From Acidobacteriota bacterium (GTDB lineage: Bacteria; Acidobacteriota; G020349885), in the NCBI GenBank assembly GCA_020349885.1, contig CP070701.1:907880-971879 (forward strand): a DNA stretch of 64,000 bases, read 5' to 3'. The notes beneath the pieces are model-generated. The model did not search any database, was not told the origin of the DNA, and saw only the letters and a program-made list of their open reading frames with translations. Shown here piece after piece: positions 50,957-60,792 of this stretch (position 1 is its first letter; every line of letters starts with the position of its first letter). The position numbers were made by a program, and so were the translations under genes.

Positions 50957-52549
50957 ATGCCCGCGTTGCGCATACTTCTGGCAGACCCGGTTTCCGCAAC
51001 CTGTGTAAAGCGCCTTTGCGAGGGGGGCGTCATCGAGACCGAGTCCATGCCCGCGAAGTCGCCGAAAGAAGCGCTCCTTAAGAAACTGAAGGAAGGCTTC
51101 GACGCGCTCGTTGTGCGGAGCGCGACGCGCGCCGACCGCGACGTCATCGAGGCGGGGGTTCCGCGGCTGCGCGCCATCGGGCGCGCCGGCGTCGGCATTG
51201 ACAACGTGGATCTCGACGCCGCCACGAGCTTCGGCGTCGCCGTGATGAACGTCCCCGACGCGAACACCGTGTCGGCCGCGGAACATACCGTGGCGCTCAT
51301 GCTCGCGCTCGCGCGCAACGTGCCGCGCGGCTGGGCCTCGTTTCAGGAGGGAAAGTGGGAGCGCTCGAAATTCACCGGCACCGAGCTCCGGGGCAAAACA
51401 CTCGGCCTCGTCGGTATGGGACGCATCGGATCGCTCGTGGCCACGGCGGCGCAGGCGCTCGGGATGCGCGTCCTCGTGCACGACCCCTACATCCCGCAAG
51501 CCCGCGCCGAGTCTCTCGGCGTCGAAATGACGGAGCTCGATGCGCTCCTCAAGGAATCCGACGTCGTCTCCCTGCACGTGCCGAAGAGCGATGCGACGCG
51601 CAATCTCATAAACGCCGAGCGCCTTGCCCTGATGAAGCCCACGGCGCGCCTGATAAACTGCGCGCGCGGCGGCGTCGTGGACGAGGAGGCTCTCTACGAC
51701 GCGATTAAAAACGACCGCCTCGCCGGCGCGGCGCTCGACGTTTACATAAAAGAGCCCCCGGAGATGAAGCCTCTTTACGGCTTGCCCAACGTGGTAACCA
51801 CGCCGCACCTTGGCGCCTCCACGAGCGAGGCGCAGGAGAAGGTGGGCGTTCAGATTGCTGAAAGATTGAGAAAATTTCTCCTCGAAGGAAGTTACGAGGA
51901 CGCCCTGAACGTTCCCTTCCGCCGCCTGCCCGAGGAGGGGAAGCCGTTTTTCGATTTGGCCGAGCGCATGGGCGCGCTGCACTTTCAGCTGATGGACGAG
52001 CCCGCTAAAAGCGTGTGCCTCGAATATTGCGGCGAGGAGATCGGCGACCTGAAGCCCTTCACGTGCGCCTATTTGAAGGGCCTGCTCAATCCCATGACCG
52101 AGGGCGGCGTCAACTGGGTGAACGCGCTTCCGCGCGCTTCGGAGCGCGGCATCGCGGTCGAGGAGATACATAGCCACAAAGACCTGGGCTACGCCAACCT
52201 GATGCGCGTGACGTTTACCGGTGAGGCGGGCGCGAAACACGTGCTCGCGGGCTGCGTTTTTGAACAGTCCTTGCTTCGATTGGTGGAGATAAGCGGCTAT
52301 CGCGTGGATGTCGAGCCGAGAGGGGTTCTCCTTTTGGTCGAAAACCAGGACGTGCCCGGCTCCCTGGGAAGCGTGGCCTCTCTCCTCGGAAAGCACGAAA
52401 TCAACATCGGCGAGTGCCGCTTCGGGCGCAAGGAGCGCTCCGGGTCGGCCCTCACCGTTCTCGCGCTCGATGAGGAGGCCCCCGAGAACGTCCTCGCCGC
52501 CCTGAAAAAACTTCCCACCGTTCAAAGCGTGCGCCAAGTGCGGCTGTAA
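50957..52549 (+). CDS. serA: D-3-phosphoglycerate dehydrogenase (with ASB and ACT domains)
   Basis: GRIGSLVA NAD motif, catalytic HLGAST, and a C-terminal ACT domain. Start chosen at ATG 50957; the track start 50924 is an alternative. Confidence 0.85.
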   Translation: MPALRILLADPVSATCVKRLCEGGVIETESMPAKSPKEALLKKLKEGFDALVVRSATRADRDVIEAGVPRLRAIGRAGVGIDNVDLDAATSFGVAVMNVPDANTVSAAEHTVALMLALARNVPRGWASFQEGKWERSKFTGTELRGKTLGLVGMGRIGSLVATAAQALGMRVLVHDPYIPQARAESLGVEMTELDALLKESDVVSLHVPKSDATRNLINAERLALMKPTARLINCARGGVVDEEALYDAIKNDRLAGAALDVYIKEPPEMKPLYGLPNVVTTPHLGASTSEAQEKVGVQIAERLRKFLLEGSYEDALNVPFRRLPEEGKPFFDLAERMGALHFQLMDEPAKSVCLEYCGEEIGDLKPFTCAYLKGLLNPMTEGGVNWVNALPRASERGIAVEEIHSHKDLGYANLMRVTFTGEAGAKHVLAGCVFEQSLLRLVEISGYRVDVEPRGVLLLVENQDVPGSLGSVASLLGKHEINIGECRFGRKERSGSALTVLALDEEAPENVLAALKKLPTVQSVRQVRL

Positions 52550-52732
52550 GAGAGCCACCGGCCGGTTAGGGATAAAAGCTGTTCGGCAACCCTTCCTGCG
52601 GACAGGAAGCACTCCGGCCACCACCTCTCCTCAAGCGTCCATCCCATGGGGTTTTGCAAATTGTTTCTGCTATACTTAAACGCCGCGGCCGAACAGGCCT
52701 GTGTTTTTCAAGGATTTCACATTATCTTCGGC

Positions 52733-53923
52733 ATGAACGGTCCTCTCGAAGGCATACGGGTGCTTGATCTCTCCAAGGTCCTTGCGGGACCCTATTGTTC
52801 GATGATGTTAGGCGACCACGGGGCGGACGTCATAAAGGTAGAAAGGCCGGAAAAAGGAGACGAGACGAGATCCTGGGGCCCGCCTTTCGCGGACGGCGAG
52901 AGTGCGTATTTTCTCTGCGTGAACAGGAACAAGCGCTCCATCACCATTGACCTTGGGAAGAAAGAGGGAGTTGAGATTGCAAGGAGGCTCGCGAAGATAT
53001 CGGATGTCCTGGTGGAGAATTTTGTTCCGGGCACCATGGAAAGGTTCGGCCTCGGCTACGAGGAGCTCAAGAACATCAACCCGCGCCTCATCTTCTGCTC
53101 GATTACGGGGTTCGGGCCTGACGGGCCCTACCGCGACAGGGCGGGCTACGACCTCGTGGTGTCCAGCTTGGGAGGGCTCATGAGCATAACCGGCCCTCCG
53201 GACGGCCCGCCCTGCAAGGTCGGCGTCGCGATTACGGACGTATGCACGGGCATCTACGCCTACGGAGCGATATGCTCGGCGCTCCACGAGCGCAACCGCA
53301 CGGGTGTGGGGAAAAGGATCGATCTCTCGCTTCTCGATGTCCAGGTTGCAACGCTCGTCAATATGGGGAGTTCCTATCTCGTATCGGGCGAGATTCCAGC
53401 GAGATGGGGCGCCTCGCACGAGACGATCGTTCCCTACCAGACATTCATGGCAAAGGACCGCTACGTCACCATCTCGGTGGGGAACGACGGCCTGTGGGCG
53501 AAGTTCTGCAAAATTCTCGGAAAGGACGACTGGACGGACGACCCCAGGTACAGGACGAACGACCTGAGGGTCAGGAACAGAAAGGATCTCATTCCTCTGA
53601 TCGAGGAGGAGGTGGCCAAAAGGACATGCGGCGAGTGGGTAGAAATTCTCTCCGGGGAAGGGATTCCCTGCGCGCCCCTGAACACGATAGACGAGGTTTT
53701 TCAAGACCCCCAAGTGCTCCATCGCAAGATGCTCATTGAGGTGAACCACCCGAAAGCCGGCAAGGTGAAGCTGGCGGGGATTCCCGTAAAATATTCCGAC
53801 GGCGAGCTCGGAGTGCGCCTTCCTCCCCCGACCCTGGGCGAGCACACGCGGGAGGTGCTTTCCGGGCTCCTCGGTTACGACGATGATGAGGTGAAGGAAC
53901 TTGCGAAACGACAAGCCATATAG
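52733..53923 (+). CDS. CoA-transferase family III (CaiB/BaiF)
   Basis: IRVLDLSKVLAGPYCSMMLGDHGADVIKVE N-terminal signature. Start placed at ATG 52733. Confidence 0.85.
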   Translation: MNGPLEGIRVLDLSKVLAGPYCSMMLGDHGADVIKVERPEKGDETRSWGPPFADGESAYFLCVNRNKRSITIDLGKKEGVEIARRLAKISDVLVENFVPGTMERFGLGYEELKNINPRLIFCSITGFGPDGPYRDRAGYDLVVSSLGGLMSITGPPDGPPCKVGVAITDVCTGIYAYGAICSALHERNRTGVGKRIDLSLLDVQVATLVNMGSSYLVSGEIPARWGASHETIVPYQTFMAKDRYVTISVGNDGLWAKFCKILGKDDWTDDPRYRTNDLRVRNRKDLIPLIEEEVAKRTCGEWVEILSGEGIPCAPLNTIDEVFQDPQVLHRKMLIEVNHPKAGKVKLAGIPVKYSDGELGVRLPPPTLGEHTREVLSGLLGYDDDEVKELAKRQAI

Positions 53924-53962
53924 TGTCGGCGCCGCGAGCCCTGAAAGGGAAAGGAGACACCC

Positions 53963-55705
53963 ATGCCGCTTGAGACGCTGAACGAGTGCCTGCGCTCCGG
54001 CGTGAGCCGGTTCCTGAAAGACGACGCCTTCCTCGGGGTGAACGCCGCGGGGGAGGTCTACGCCGTTTCCTCGCGCGATTTCTACCACCGCGCGCGCCTT
54101 GCGACGCTCGGCCTGAACGCGATGGAGATTCAAAAAGGCGACCGCGTGGCGCTCATTTCCGAGAATCGCTTCGAGTGGGCGCTTGTGGACCTGGCCGTTC
54201 TGAACGCCGGTGCCGTCACGGTGCCGCTCTACACGAACGCCTCCAGGGAGCAGACTCAATATATATTGAAGGACTCTGGCGCGAAGGCCGCCGCCGTCTC
54301 GAAGGGTCCGCTGTTGGAGAAGATTCTCGAAGCCGGGGCGAATCTTCCGGACCTGAAACACATCGTCACGTTCGAAAGGACGGGCAGGGAGGACGGGCAG
54401 ACCATCCTCCACCTGAGCGACCTCGAAGCGAAGGGGGCACCGGTCTGGGAGCAGAACCAGGACTTGCATCGCCAGCTTCTCGAAGCCCCGAAGGCCGAAG
54501 ACCTTGCCACCATCGTCTACACCTCCGGCACGACGGGCGAGCCCAAGGGCGTCATGCTGACGCAGGGCAACCTCGCCTCGAACGTCCTGGCCTGTGCCGA
54601 CCGGGTGGAGTTTCGCTCCTCCGACCGCGCGCTTTCCTTTCTTCCCCTCAGCCACATTTTCGAGCGGCTGCTCGACTACCTCTATTTCTTCTCGGGCGTG
54701 AGCATCGTCCACGTTCCCGACCCGTTTCAGTTGCGGGAGTGCGTGAAGAAAACACGGCCTACCATTTTCACGGCGGTTCCGCGCTTCTACGAAAAGCTCC
54801 ACGACGAGATTCTCGACCGCGCCTCCTCGAATTTTCTCAAAAGGGCGCTCGCGCGGTGGAGCTTCAAGACCGGACAGCGGTACGCCGAGGCGGTCCTCGG
54901 CGGCGCCGCTCCCCCGGCGGGGCTCGCGCTCCGCTACCGCCTGGCCGACGCGATCACCTTTTCGCGCATCCGCAGGGCCTTCGGCCCCGTGCGCCTCATG
55001 ATCTCGGGCGGCGCGCCACTTTCGCCGGAGCTCGGGAAATTCTTCTACGCCGCGGGCATGTGCCTCACCGAGGGCTACGGCCTGACGGAAACCTCGCCCG
55101 TCATTTCCCAGAGCCCGCTGGAGCACCCCAAATACGGCACCGTGGGGACGCCTCTCCGCGGCGTCGAGGTCAGGATCGCCGAAGACGGCGAGCTCCTGGT
55201 GAAGGGCCCCAACGTGATGCCCGGCTATTGGAACAAGGAAGAGGCCACGAAGAGGGCCTTAACGGAGGACGGCTGGCTCCGCACGGGCGACCTCGCCGCG
55301 CTCGACGGGGACGGCTACCTCAGCATCACGGGCCGCAAGAAGGACATCATCGTGACGGCGGCAGGGAAGAACGTCGCGCCGCAGGCCATCGAGGCGCTCC
55401 TCAAGCGCAGCCCCTACATCGAGCAGGCCGTCGCGGTCGGCGACAAGAGGAAATTCATCGTGGCGCTCATCGTTCCAAGCGCCCAGGCGCTTGAAGGAAA
55501 AAGCGCCTCCGAGGCGCACCAGGCCATCGAGCGGGACGCCGCGCGGCACATGGCCGGGCTCTCTGACTACGAGCGCGTGAGACGCTTCGCGTTTCTGGAA
55601 AAGCCCCTCAGCGTGGAGGACGGAACGCTCACGCCCACGTTCAAGGTGCGCCGCCACGCCGTGGAGGAGAAATACAAGGACGTGATCGAGAGGCTGTACA
55701 AGTAG
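53963..55705 (+). CDS. Long-chain fatty-acid--CoA ligase (AMP-dependent synthetase)
   Basis: TSGTTGEPKGVMLTQ AMP-binding motif plus the GYGLTETS and GWLRTGDL motifs. 580 aa. Confidence 0.85.
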   Translation: MPLETLNECLRSGVSRFLKDDAFLGVNAAGEVYAVSSRDFYHRARLATLGLNAMEIQKGDRVALISENRFEWALVDLAVLNAGAVTVPLYTNASREQTQYILKDSGAKAAAVSKGPLLEKILEAGANLPDLKHIVTFERTGREDGQTILHLSDLEAKGAPVWEQNQDLHRQLLEAPKAEDLATIVYTSGTTGEPKGVMLTQGNLASNVLACADRVEFRSSDRALSFLPLSHIFERLLDYLYFFSGVSIVHVPDPFQLRECVKKTRPTIFTAVPRFYEKLHDEILDRASSNFLKRALARWSFKTGQRYAEAVLGGAAPPAGLALRYRLADAITFSRIRRAFGPVRLMISGGAPLSPELGKFFYAAGMCLTEGYGLTETSPVISQSPLEHPKYGTVGTPLRGVEVRIAEDGELLVKGPNVMPGYWNKEEATKRALTEDGWLRTGDLAALDGDGYLSITGRKKDIIVTAAGKNVAPQAIEALLKRSPYIEQAVAVGDKRKFIVALIVPSAQALEGKSASEAHQAIERDAARHMAGLSDYERVRRFAFLEKPLSVEDGTLTPTFKVRRHAVEEKYKDVIERLYK

Positions 55706-55807
55706 CAACTAGTAAGGAGTAAGGAACAAGAAGCAAGGAGCGATTCGCCGAACGCCGACGGCTAATCCCTAAACCCTGACCCCTGATACCCGGCCCCTGG
55801 CTGCTGG

Positions 55808-57025
55808 CTACTCTTTCCCCCCTTTTTCTTCTTGAAGAAATTCCAGGAAGCGCGCGACCTCGACCGAGTCCGAATCGCACTGCTTGAGGAGGGTTTTGAG
55901 GGCCCGGTGCGCTCTTCGCTCGACCACCTCGTTCCGCTCCGCGCGTGCCATGCGCCAAAGGTAGTAGTGGTTCACGAAGCGGATGTCGGGATAGCCGTGC
56001 CGGACGGCCATGAGCTCGCTCTTGTGGAAGTAGTCCTTGGCCGCTTCGTAGCCCTCCTGCTCGTAGTGCCCCTTGCCGAGGCCGCTGAGTGCGAGGGCGG
56101 TGTAGCGGTGGTGGTTGAGCTTCTCGCTCAGCTTGAGTGCGTCGTGGAGATTGCGGTATCCCTTGCGCCCCTGGGCGTTGAGGATGTAGCTATGGCCCAG
56201 GTTCATGAGCACCACCACGCGCTGCGCCTGCTTGTCCTTGGTCTTCTTGAAAAAATCCAGCGACAGGCTGTAGTGCTCGATCGCCCGCCCGAGCAGGAAC
56301 GAGTCCGAGCGCTCGCGGTGCTCGTAGAGGTCGTAATCCAGGTCACCGAGGGTGTTCAGGATGGCGCCCTGGTGCTCCGAGTCATCGTGGACCTCCGTCA
56401 GGGCCAGGGCCTGGAGCGCCATGGCGCGCGACATCTCGAAGTTTCCCATCTGCCGGAACACGGCCGAGAGGTTGCTGTACGCCTGCACCCTCGAAGAATC
56501 GTCGAGCTCGAACAGGCCTAGCACCCTCTCGAACTCGTCGCGCGCCCACTGGAGTTTTCCCATCTTCCACAGACACTCCGCCTTCCGGTTGCGGAGGAGG
56601 GCCGCGTGGGCGGGCTCCGCGGGGAAAGAGAGCGCCTCCTCGAGATAGGCGTACGCCTGCGCGTAGTCGCCCGCCTGGAACGCCCCGTCCGCCCGCTTCT
56701 CGAGCACCCCTGGGCTCTTCTCGCCGGGGACCGTTTTCGGCTGCCGGTCAAGGTCGATGAGGTCGAGGAAGCGCTGCGGATGCACGTGATAGATCTTGGC
56801 CAGCGTGATGAGCTTGGGGGCGGAGGGAATGACGTTGCCATTCTCGGCGTCGGCGAGCAGAGAGGCCGAAACGACCTCGCCGTACTGCTGCGCTTCGTCG
56901 GTCACCTCCCGCAGCGTCTTATGGTGCGCCGAGCGAAGCATCTTCAGATAGAGCCCCATGCGGGACTTGTGCTCCCCCTCCTCACCGGCCCTCCGCGCGG
57001 CTTCAAACAAGTGCTTGTCCACCAT
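55808..57025 (-). CDS. XRE-family HTH transcriptional regulator with C-terminal TPR repeats
   Basis: N-terminal HTH (LKMLRSAHHKTLREVTDEAQ...) followed by 6 or more TPR repeats. Divergent from the first DMT transporter gene. Confidence 0.75.
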   Translation of the reverse strand: MVDKHLFEAARRAGEEGEHKSRMGLYLKMLRSAHHKTLREVTDEAQQYGEVVSASLLADAENGNVIPSAPKLITLAKIYHVHPQRFLDLIDLDRQPKTVPGEKSPGVLEKRADGAFQAGDYAQAYAYLEEALSFPAEPAHAALLRNRKAECLWKMGKLQWARDEFERVLGLFELDDSSRVQAYSNLSAVFRQMGNFEMSRAMALQALALTEVHDDSEHQGAILNTLGDLDYDLYEHRERSDSFLLGRAIEHYSLSLDFFKKTKDKQAQRVVVLMNLGHSYILNAQGRKGYRNLHDALKLSEKLNHHRYTALALSGLGKGHYEQEGYEAAKDYFHKSELMAVRHGYPDIRFVNHYYLWRMARAERNEVVERRAHRALKTLLKQCDSDSVEVARFLEFLQEEKGGKE

Positions 57026-57171
57026 ACCCCTTCTCCTTTATCCTTGTCTTCCGCGTTTCCAGTTGGAGCTTCCCCCGGGCTTGGACGGTGCCCCTGCGGG
57101 ACGTGCGCTCCCCCTCCGCACCGGCCCTCCGTATGGCTTCAAACAAACAAGTGCTTGTCTATCGCACCCCT
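56960..57171. repeat. Two ~72-bp direct repeats (56960-57031 and 57096-57171), about 90% identical
   Basis: Copy 1 spans the regulator start codon and its first 20 codons. Copy 2 lies 136 bp upstream and is a decayed duplicate (ATG lost, 3-nt insertion). Both contain the near-palindrome ACAAGTGCTTGT. Confidence 0.7.
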
Positions 57172-57280
57172 TTTTTTACCTCTTATAGTGTAAGACAAAA
57201 CGCGGCGTTTGTCAAGTGATTCCCCCGTGCCCCCGGTATGGGTCGGCCCGTCCATATCAGGGGGATAATTGACGAATATT

Positions 57281-57308
57281 TTGTTGAAATTGAAAGTTGT
57301 GGTAATAT
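57281..57308 (+). promoter_or_regulatory. Candidate promoter TTGTTG-N16-TGgTAATAT for DMT transporter gene 1
   Basis: Extended -10 (TGnTAATAT) with a weak -35. It would give a ~165-nt leader containing the two GGCRCGGATGAAAA motifs. Confidence 0.35.
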
Positions 57309-57475
57309 GTCCCGCTTCGTCCCACGGGAGCCACGGCGCACCGATGGAACGGCGCGGATGAAAATATTTAAGGATTAAATTTGGAATTTGTGATACTATG
57401 CTTTCCTTCGTTCGACGGAAGCCCCGGGGCTCCGCCGGGACGGCACGGATGAAAACAGTAAAGAGATAGCAGGAA

Positions 57476-58378
57476 ATGTTCAGCGACCATTTTTGGCTGG
57501 AGACCACGTTTCTCGCGTTTTTCCTCTACGGAATTGGTCAGGGACTGCTCAAGCAGTACGTCGGGGACGTATCGGCCTATCGTTTCTGCCTGTACGCCGT
57601 GCCGACGTACTTCCTGGCGGACGCGGTTTTTTATTTGTTATATATGCCCTCACCCAACCCGTTTGCCGCCGAGGGGCGCCAGTTTATGTATTACGCGCTG
57701 ACGCTCTGCCTCCTGGAGGGCGTGGCCTATGTCTGTTATTACGAGTCCATTGCGGGCGGCCTCATCAGCATTGTCGGGACGGTTTCCGCCGCCTATCCGG
57801 CCGTGACCGTCGTGTATGCCTATTTTATTTTGGACGAAACCTTGTCCACCAAACAATACATCGGGGTCTTTATGGTGATCGCCGGGTGCATCGGCATCGC
57901 GTACGAGCCTTCCGACCCAGACCAAAAGGTCTCGAAGCGCCGAGTTCTGGGAATGCCGGTATGGTTCTTACAGGCCCTGATTGCCGCGCTCGGATGGGGG
58001 ATCGGGGCAGGGATGACGAGATACGCCTTCGAGTATACGGAAAATGCGAGCGAGGGCAATATGGCGTTGTTCGGTTTCATCGGCTATTGCCTCCCGCTGG
58101 CCGTGTATGGCGCGTACAAGGAAAAGGATTGGAAATTCCCGAAAAGGCAGATGGCGCTCGCCTTTACGCCCCTGATGATGATAGCCATCGGCGACGTGAT
58201 ACTCATCATTTCCTACAAATATGGCCTGGCTTCTATCGTGACGCCTGTGTCGGGCGCGTATCCGGCGCTGACGATAGTGTATGCGTTCTTCGTTCTCAAG
58301 GAGAAGCTCACGCCCCTTCAGTGGGTGTTCGTCACGATAATTTTCGTCGGCATGCTCATGGCCCCGGGCGCGGAATAG
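57476..58378 (+). CDS. DMT superfamily (EamA-like) transporter, paralog 1
   Basis: 300 aa, 10 TM segments. Two-fold internal repeat with GGLISIVGTVSAAYPAVTVV and ASIVTPVSGAYPALTIVYAFF. Confidence 0.75.
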   Translation: MFSDHFWLETTFLAFFLYGIGQGLLKQYVGDVSAYRFCLYAVPTYFLADAVFYLLYMPSPNPFAAEGRQFMYYALTLCLLEGVAYVCYYESIAGGLISIVGTVSAAYPAVTVVYAYFILDETLSTKQYIGVFMVIAGCIGIAYEPSDPDQKVSKRRVLGMPVWFLQALIAALGWGIGAGMTRYAFEYTENASEGNMALFGFIGYCLPLAVYGAYKEKDWKFPKRQMALAFTPLMMIAIGDVILIISYKYGLASIVTPVSGAYPALTIVYAFFVLKEKLTPLQWVFVTIIFVGMLMAPGAE

Positions 58379-58437
58379 CCGACGCGACCCGCCCAAATTT
58401 TCAGCCGAAGCTTGCGAATTATCCTTCCTTAAATTGC

Positions 58438-58463
58438 AGCGGGCGGCACATGAACCGCCCGCT
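58438..58463. terminator. Strong hairpin in convergent intergenic region (DMT1 / homocysteine methyltransferase)
   Basis: 9-bp GC stem agcgggcgg/ccgcccgct with an 8-nt loop. No clean U-tract. Confidence 0.35.
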
Positions 58464-58502
58464 ACAACCACAAACGGTTGGTCTATATTTTCAAAGGCGG
58501 GG

Positions 58503-59468
58503 CTAACCCTTCACCACGGGCGCGATGGCCTTGATGTGCTTGGGCTCGCTCGAGCAGCACCCCCCGATGATCTGGGCGCCCATCTTCTTCCACTCGCGGG
58601 CGTACTCGGCGTATTTTTCCGGGGTGATCCCCCGGATCCCGTGGAGCCAGAACTTTTCGTCGGGCGAGGTGCCGTACTTGGGATTTTCGTAATACCCTAA
58701 TTCAGCGTAGGCGCCGATGGGCCCGGCGAAGGCCTTGCGCAGCTCGGGCAGGCTGGCCGTAACCTCGTCGGGGTCGCAGCACATCAGGAAGATGCCGTCC
58801 ACCCTGTGGCCCTTGAGCGCCGCGACGAGTTCGGCGTAGGTCTCTCCGTGCATCATCTTTCCGTCTTTCTTCCCGTCGGTTGCGATGTTCAGCCCGAGGA
58901 ACACGGGAAGCTTCGTCTTTGCGCAGGCGTCCACGGCCGTCACGCAGTCCTTGATCGGGGTCTCGTGCACGATTTCCCCCGCCATGTACTCGGGAAGCAT
59001 AAAGTCCACGCCCGCCTCGGCGAGGATGCGGGATATGGCCTCGAACTCCTGGCCGAGATCGCTGCCGCAGTCTTCGTTTACGTTCTGGTATCCGAAGGTG
59101 GGGGCGATGCCGCCCGCAACGTACGCTTCGGGATTGACGGCGTCACGGGCCGCGACGGCCAGCTCACCGCCCCGCCGCACGTACTCCTCCCATCGGTTCT
59201 GCTCGCCGATCATAGACAGCATCCCCTTGCTCGTAAAGAAATTGTTGCTGATGATGATCTCGGCTCCGACCTTGAGGTAATCCTCGTGGATCGCCCGGAC
59301 GACATCCGGGGCGTCGAGGTTCGCGGCGGCCGACCACACGCCGAGCTTATCGACGGAGCAGCCCTTGTCCACGTCGACTCCGCGCCTTTGTAGCTCGCTC
59401 CCCATGGCCCCGTCCATAACTATATACTCGCCGGCCTTAAGCCGATCGACAATGCTTCGCGATGGCAT
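58503..59468 (-). CDS. Homocysteine S-methyltransferase family protein
   Basis: MDGAMGSELQRRG N-terminus and the C-terminal GGCCSSEPKHI zinc-binding motif. 321 aa. Confidence 0.8.
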   Translation of the reverse strand: MPSRSIVDRLKAGEYIVMDGAMGSELQRRGVDVDKGCSVDKLGVWSAAANLDAPDVVRAIHEDYLKVGAEIIISNNFFTSKGMLSMIGEQNRWEEYVRRGGELAVAARDAVNPEAYVAGGIAPTFGYQNVNEDCGSDLGQEFEAISRILAEAGVDFMLPEYMAGEIVHETPIKDCVTAVDACAKTKLPVFLGLNIATDGKKDGKMMHGETYAELVAALKGHRVDGIFLMCCDPDEVTASLPELRKAFAGPIGAYAELGYYENPKYGTSPDEKFWLHGIRGITPEKYAEYAREWKKMGAQIIGGCCSSEPKHIKAIAPVVKG

Positions 59469-59633
59469 AGCTTTTTTCCCTTTCTGTTTTTTTTAAGTTT
59501 TCCGAGAAAATCGTAACCCAGCAGAACCCGGGTGACGCCCGGGAACGCATAAGTATGGATGCATGGCCGAGGTGTGTCAAGGCTCGCGCGCCCGGCGCGC
59601 GGCCGCGCGCTATTAACTATGCCGCCGGGTTTT

Positions 59634-59690
59634 GTTAGAATGGCGCGGATGGCTGAAGCGTCCGAAAACCTTGCGGTGCGCCGCGCCGAA
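59634..59690 (+). promoter_or_regulatory. Conserved leader element A (GTTAGAATGG-hairpin) upstream of DMT paralog 2
   Basis: gttagaatGGCGCGGatggctgaagcgt...CCGCGCC: a 7-bp stem around a ~32-nt loop, 20 nt before the ATG. A near-identical element precedes the TPR paralog at 60793, with a compensatory base change. Confidence 0.5.
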
Positions 59691-59708
59691 GCAGGAAGTT
59701 AAACAGTA

Positions 59709-60617
59709 ATGCTTTCCCTGCTGAGCGGGCATTGGCTGGTGCTTACGTTAATCACGGTTTTCCTCTACGGGATTGCGGAGGGGTTGTGCAAGCAGTTCAT
59801 CGGGGACATAACGCCCCCTCGCTTCTGCCTGTATTCCGTGCCGATAGCCGCCGTGGTGTACTTGGGTTTTTATCTGATGCATGACCATCCTCCGCCGCTT
59901 GATCCCGAGGGCCGGCAGTTTCTCTTCTTCGCGGTGCTGGCCAGCCTGATGGAGAGCACGAGCGCGGTCCTTTACTTCGAGGCCCTTTCGGGCGGCCCCG
60001 TGAGCATCGTCGGCCCGATTACTGCGGCCGCTCCGGTCGTGACCGTCGTGTCGGCCCGTTTTATTTTGGATGAAATCCTGACCCCCGCCCAATACGCGGG
60101 GATTGTGCTGGTGATCGCCGCATGCATAGGCATTGCGCATGCGCATTCAGACCCGGAGCGGTCCGGCGAATCCGGGTCCGGCAAAAGGGGCACGAGCCGG
60201 CTGTGGTTCCTGCAGTCCGTTCTTGCCATGTGCGGATGGGGAATGGGGGCGACGCTGACGAAATACGCCTACCAGCTGCCCCGGGCGAACGAGGCCAATT
60301 TCATGCTGTATTGGGGATTCGCCGTGGCGATCACCCTGGGCGGGTACGGCGTGCTTCGGGAGCGAGAGTGGAAATTTCCGGCAAGGGAAATTGCCCTCGC
60401 CGCCGCGCCCCTGGTGATGTTTTCCACCGGCAGCCTGCTGCTCATCCTCGCCTATAAGTGGGGGCCGGCCTCGCTCGTGACGACTTTGCTGGCCGGCTCC
60501 ATACCCATAATGCTGGTGTACGCGTTCTTCATCATCGGGGAGAGGCTCACGCGCATTCAGTGGCTGTGCATCACGCTGGTTTTCATAGGCATGATTTTAT
60601 GCTCCGGCCCGGAGTAG
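59709..60617 (+). CDS. DMT superfamily (EamA-like) transporter, paralog 2
   Basis: 302 aa. Same architecture (GGPVSIVGPITAAAPVVTVV). Confidence 0.75.
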   Translation: MLSLLSGHWLVLTLITVFLYGIAEGLCKQFIGDITPPRFCLYSVPIAAVVYLGFYLMHDHPPPLDPEGRQFLFFAVLASLMESTSAVLYFEALSGGPVSIVGPITAAAPVVTVVSARFILDEILTPAQYAGIVLVIAACIGIAHAHSDPERSGESGSGKRGTSRLWFLQSVLAMCGWGMGATLTKYAYQLPRANEANFMLYWGFAVAITLGGYGVLREREWKFPAREIALAAAPLVMFSTGSLLLILAYKWGPASLVTTLLAGSIPIMLVYAFFIIGERLTRIQWLCITLVFIGMILCSGPE

Positions 60618-60704
60618 CGAAACGGAAATGCCAAAAAAAGAGAGGTGGGGGAACGGACGCTTCTTTATATAATTTAAGGAATCTCCCATTTGCGGTTGAG
60701 TTCT

Positions 60705-60755
60705 GTTAGAATGGTGCGGATGGTCGAAGCGTTGGAGAATTTCACGTGCACCGGA
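60705..60755 (+). promoter_or_regulatory. Conserved leader element B upstream of the TPR paralog 6 / DMT paralog 3 operon
   Basis: gttagaatGGTGCGGatggtcgaagcgtt...GCACC. The 5' flank and the loop start are conserved with element A. The stem change C to T is compensated by G to A. Confidence 0.5.
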
Positions 60756-60792
60756 AAGCCGACGGAGACGCTCTTGCGGTCAAGATGAGCCT

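Noticed and set aside
52808-55126. 772-aa minus-strand ORF covering the CoA-transferase and acyl-CoA ligase genes
   Set aside because: Antisense high-GC artefact. Both plus-strand genes have unambiguous family signatures. The antisense translation is dominated by R, A, G, V, E runs.
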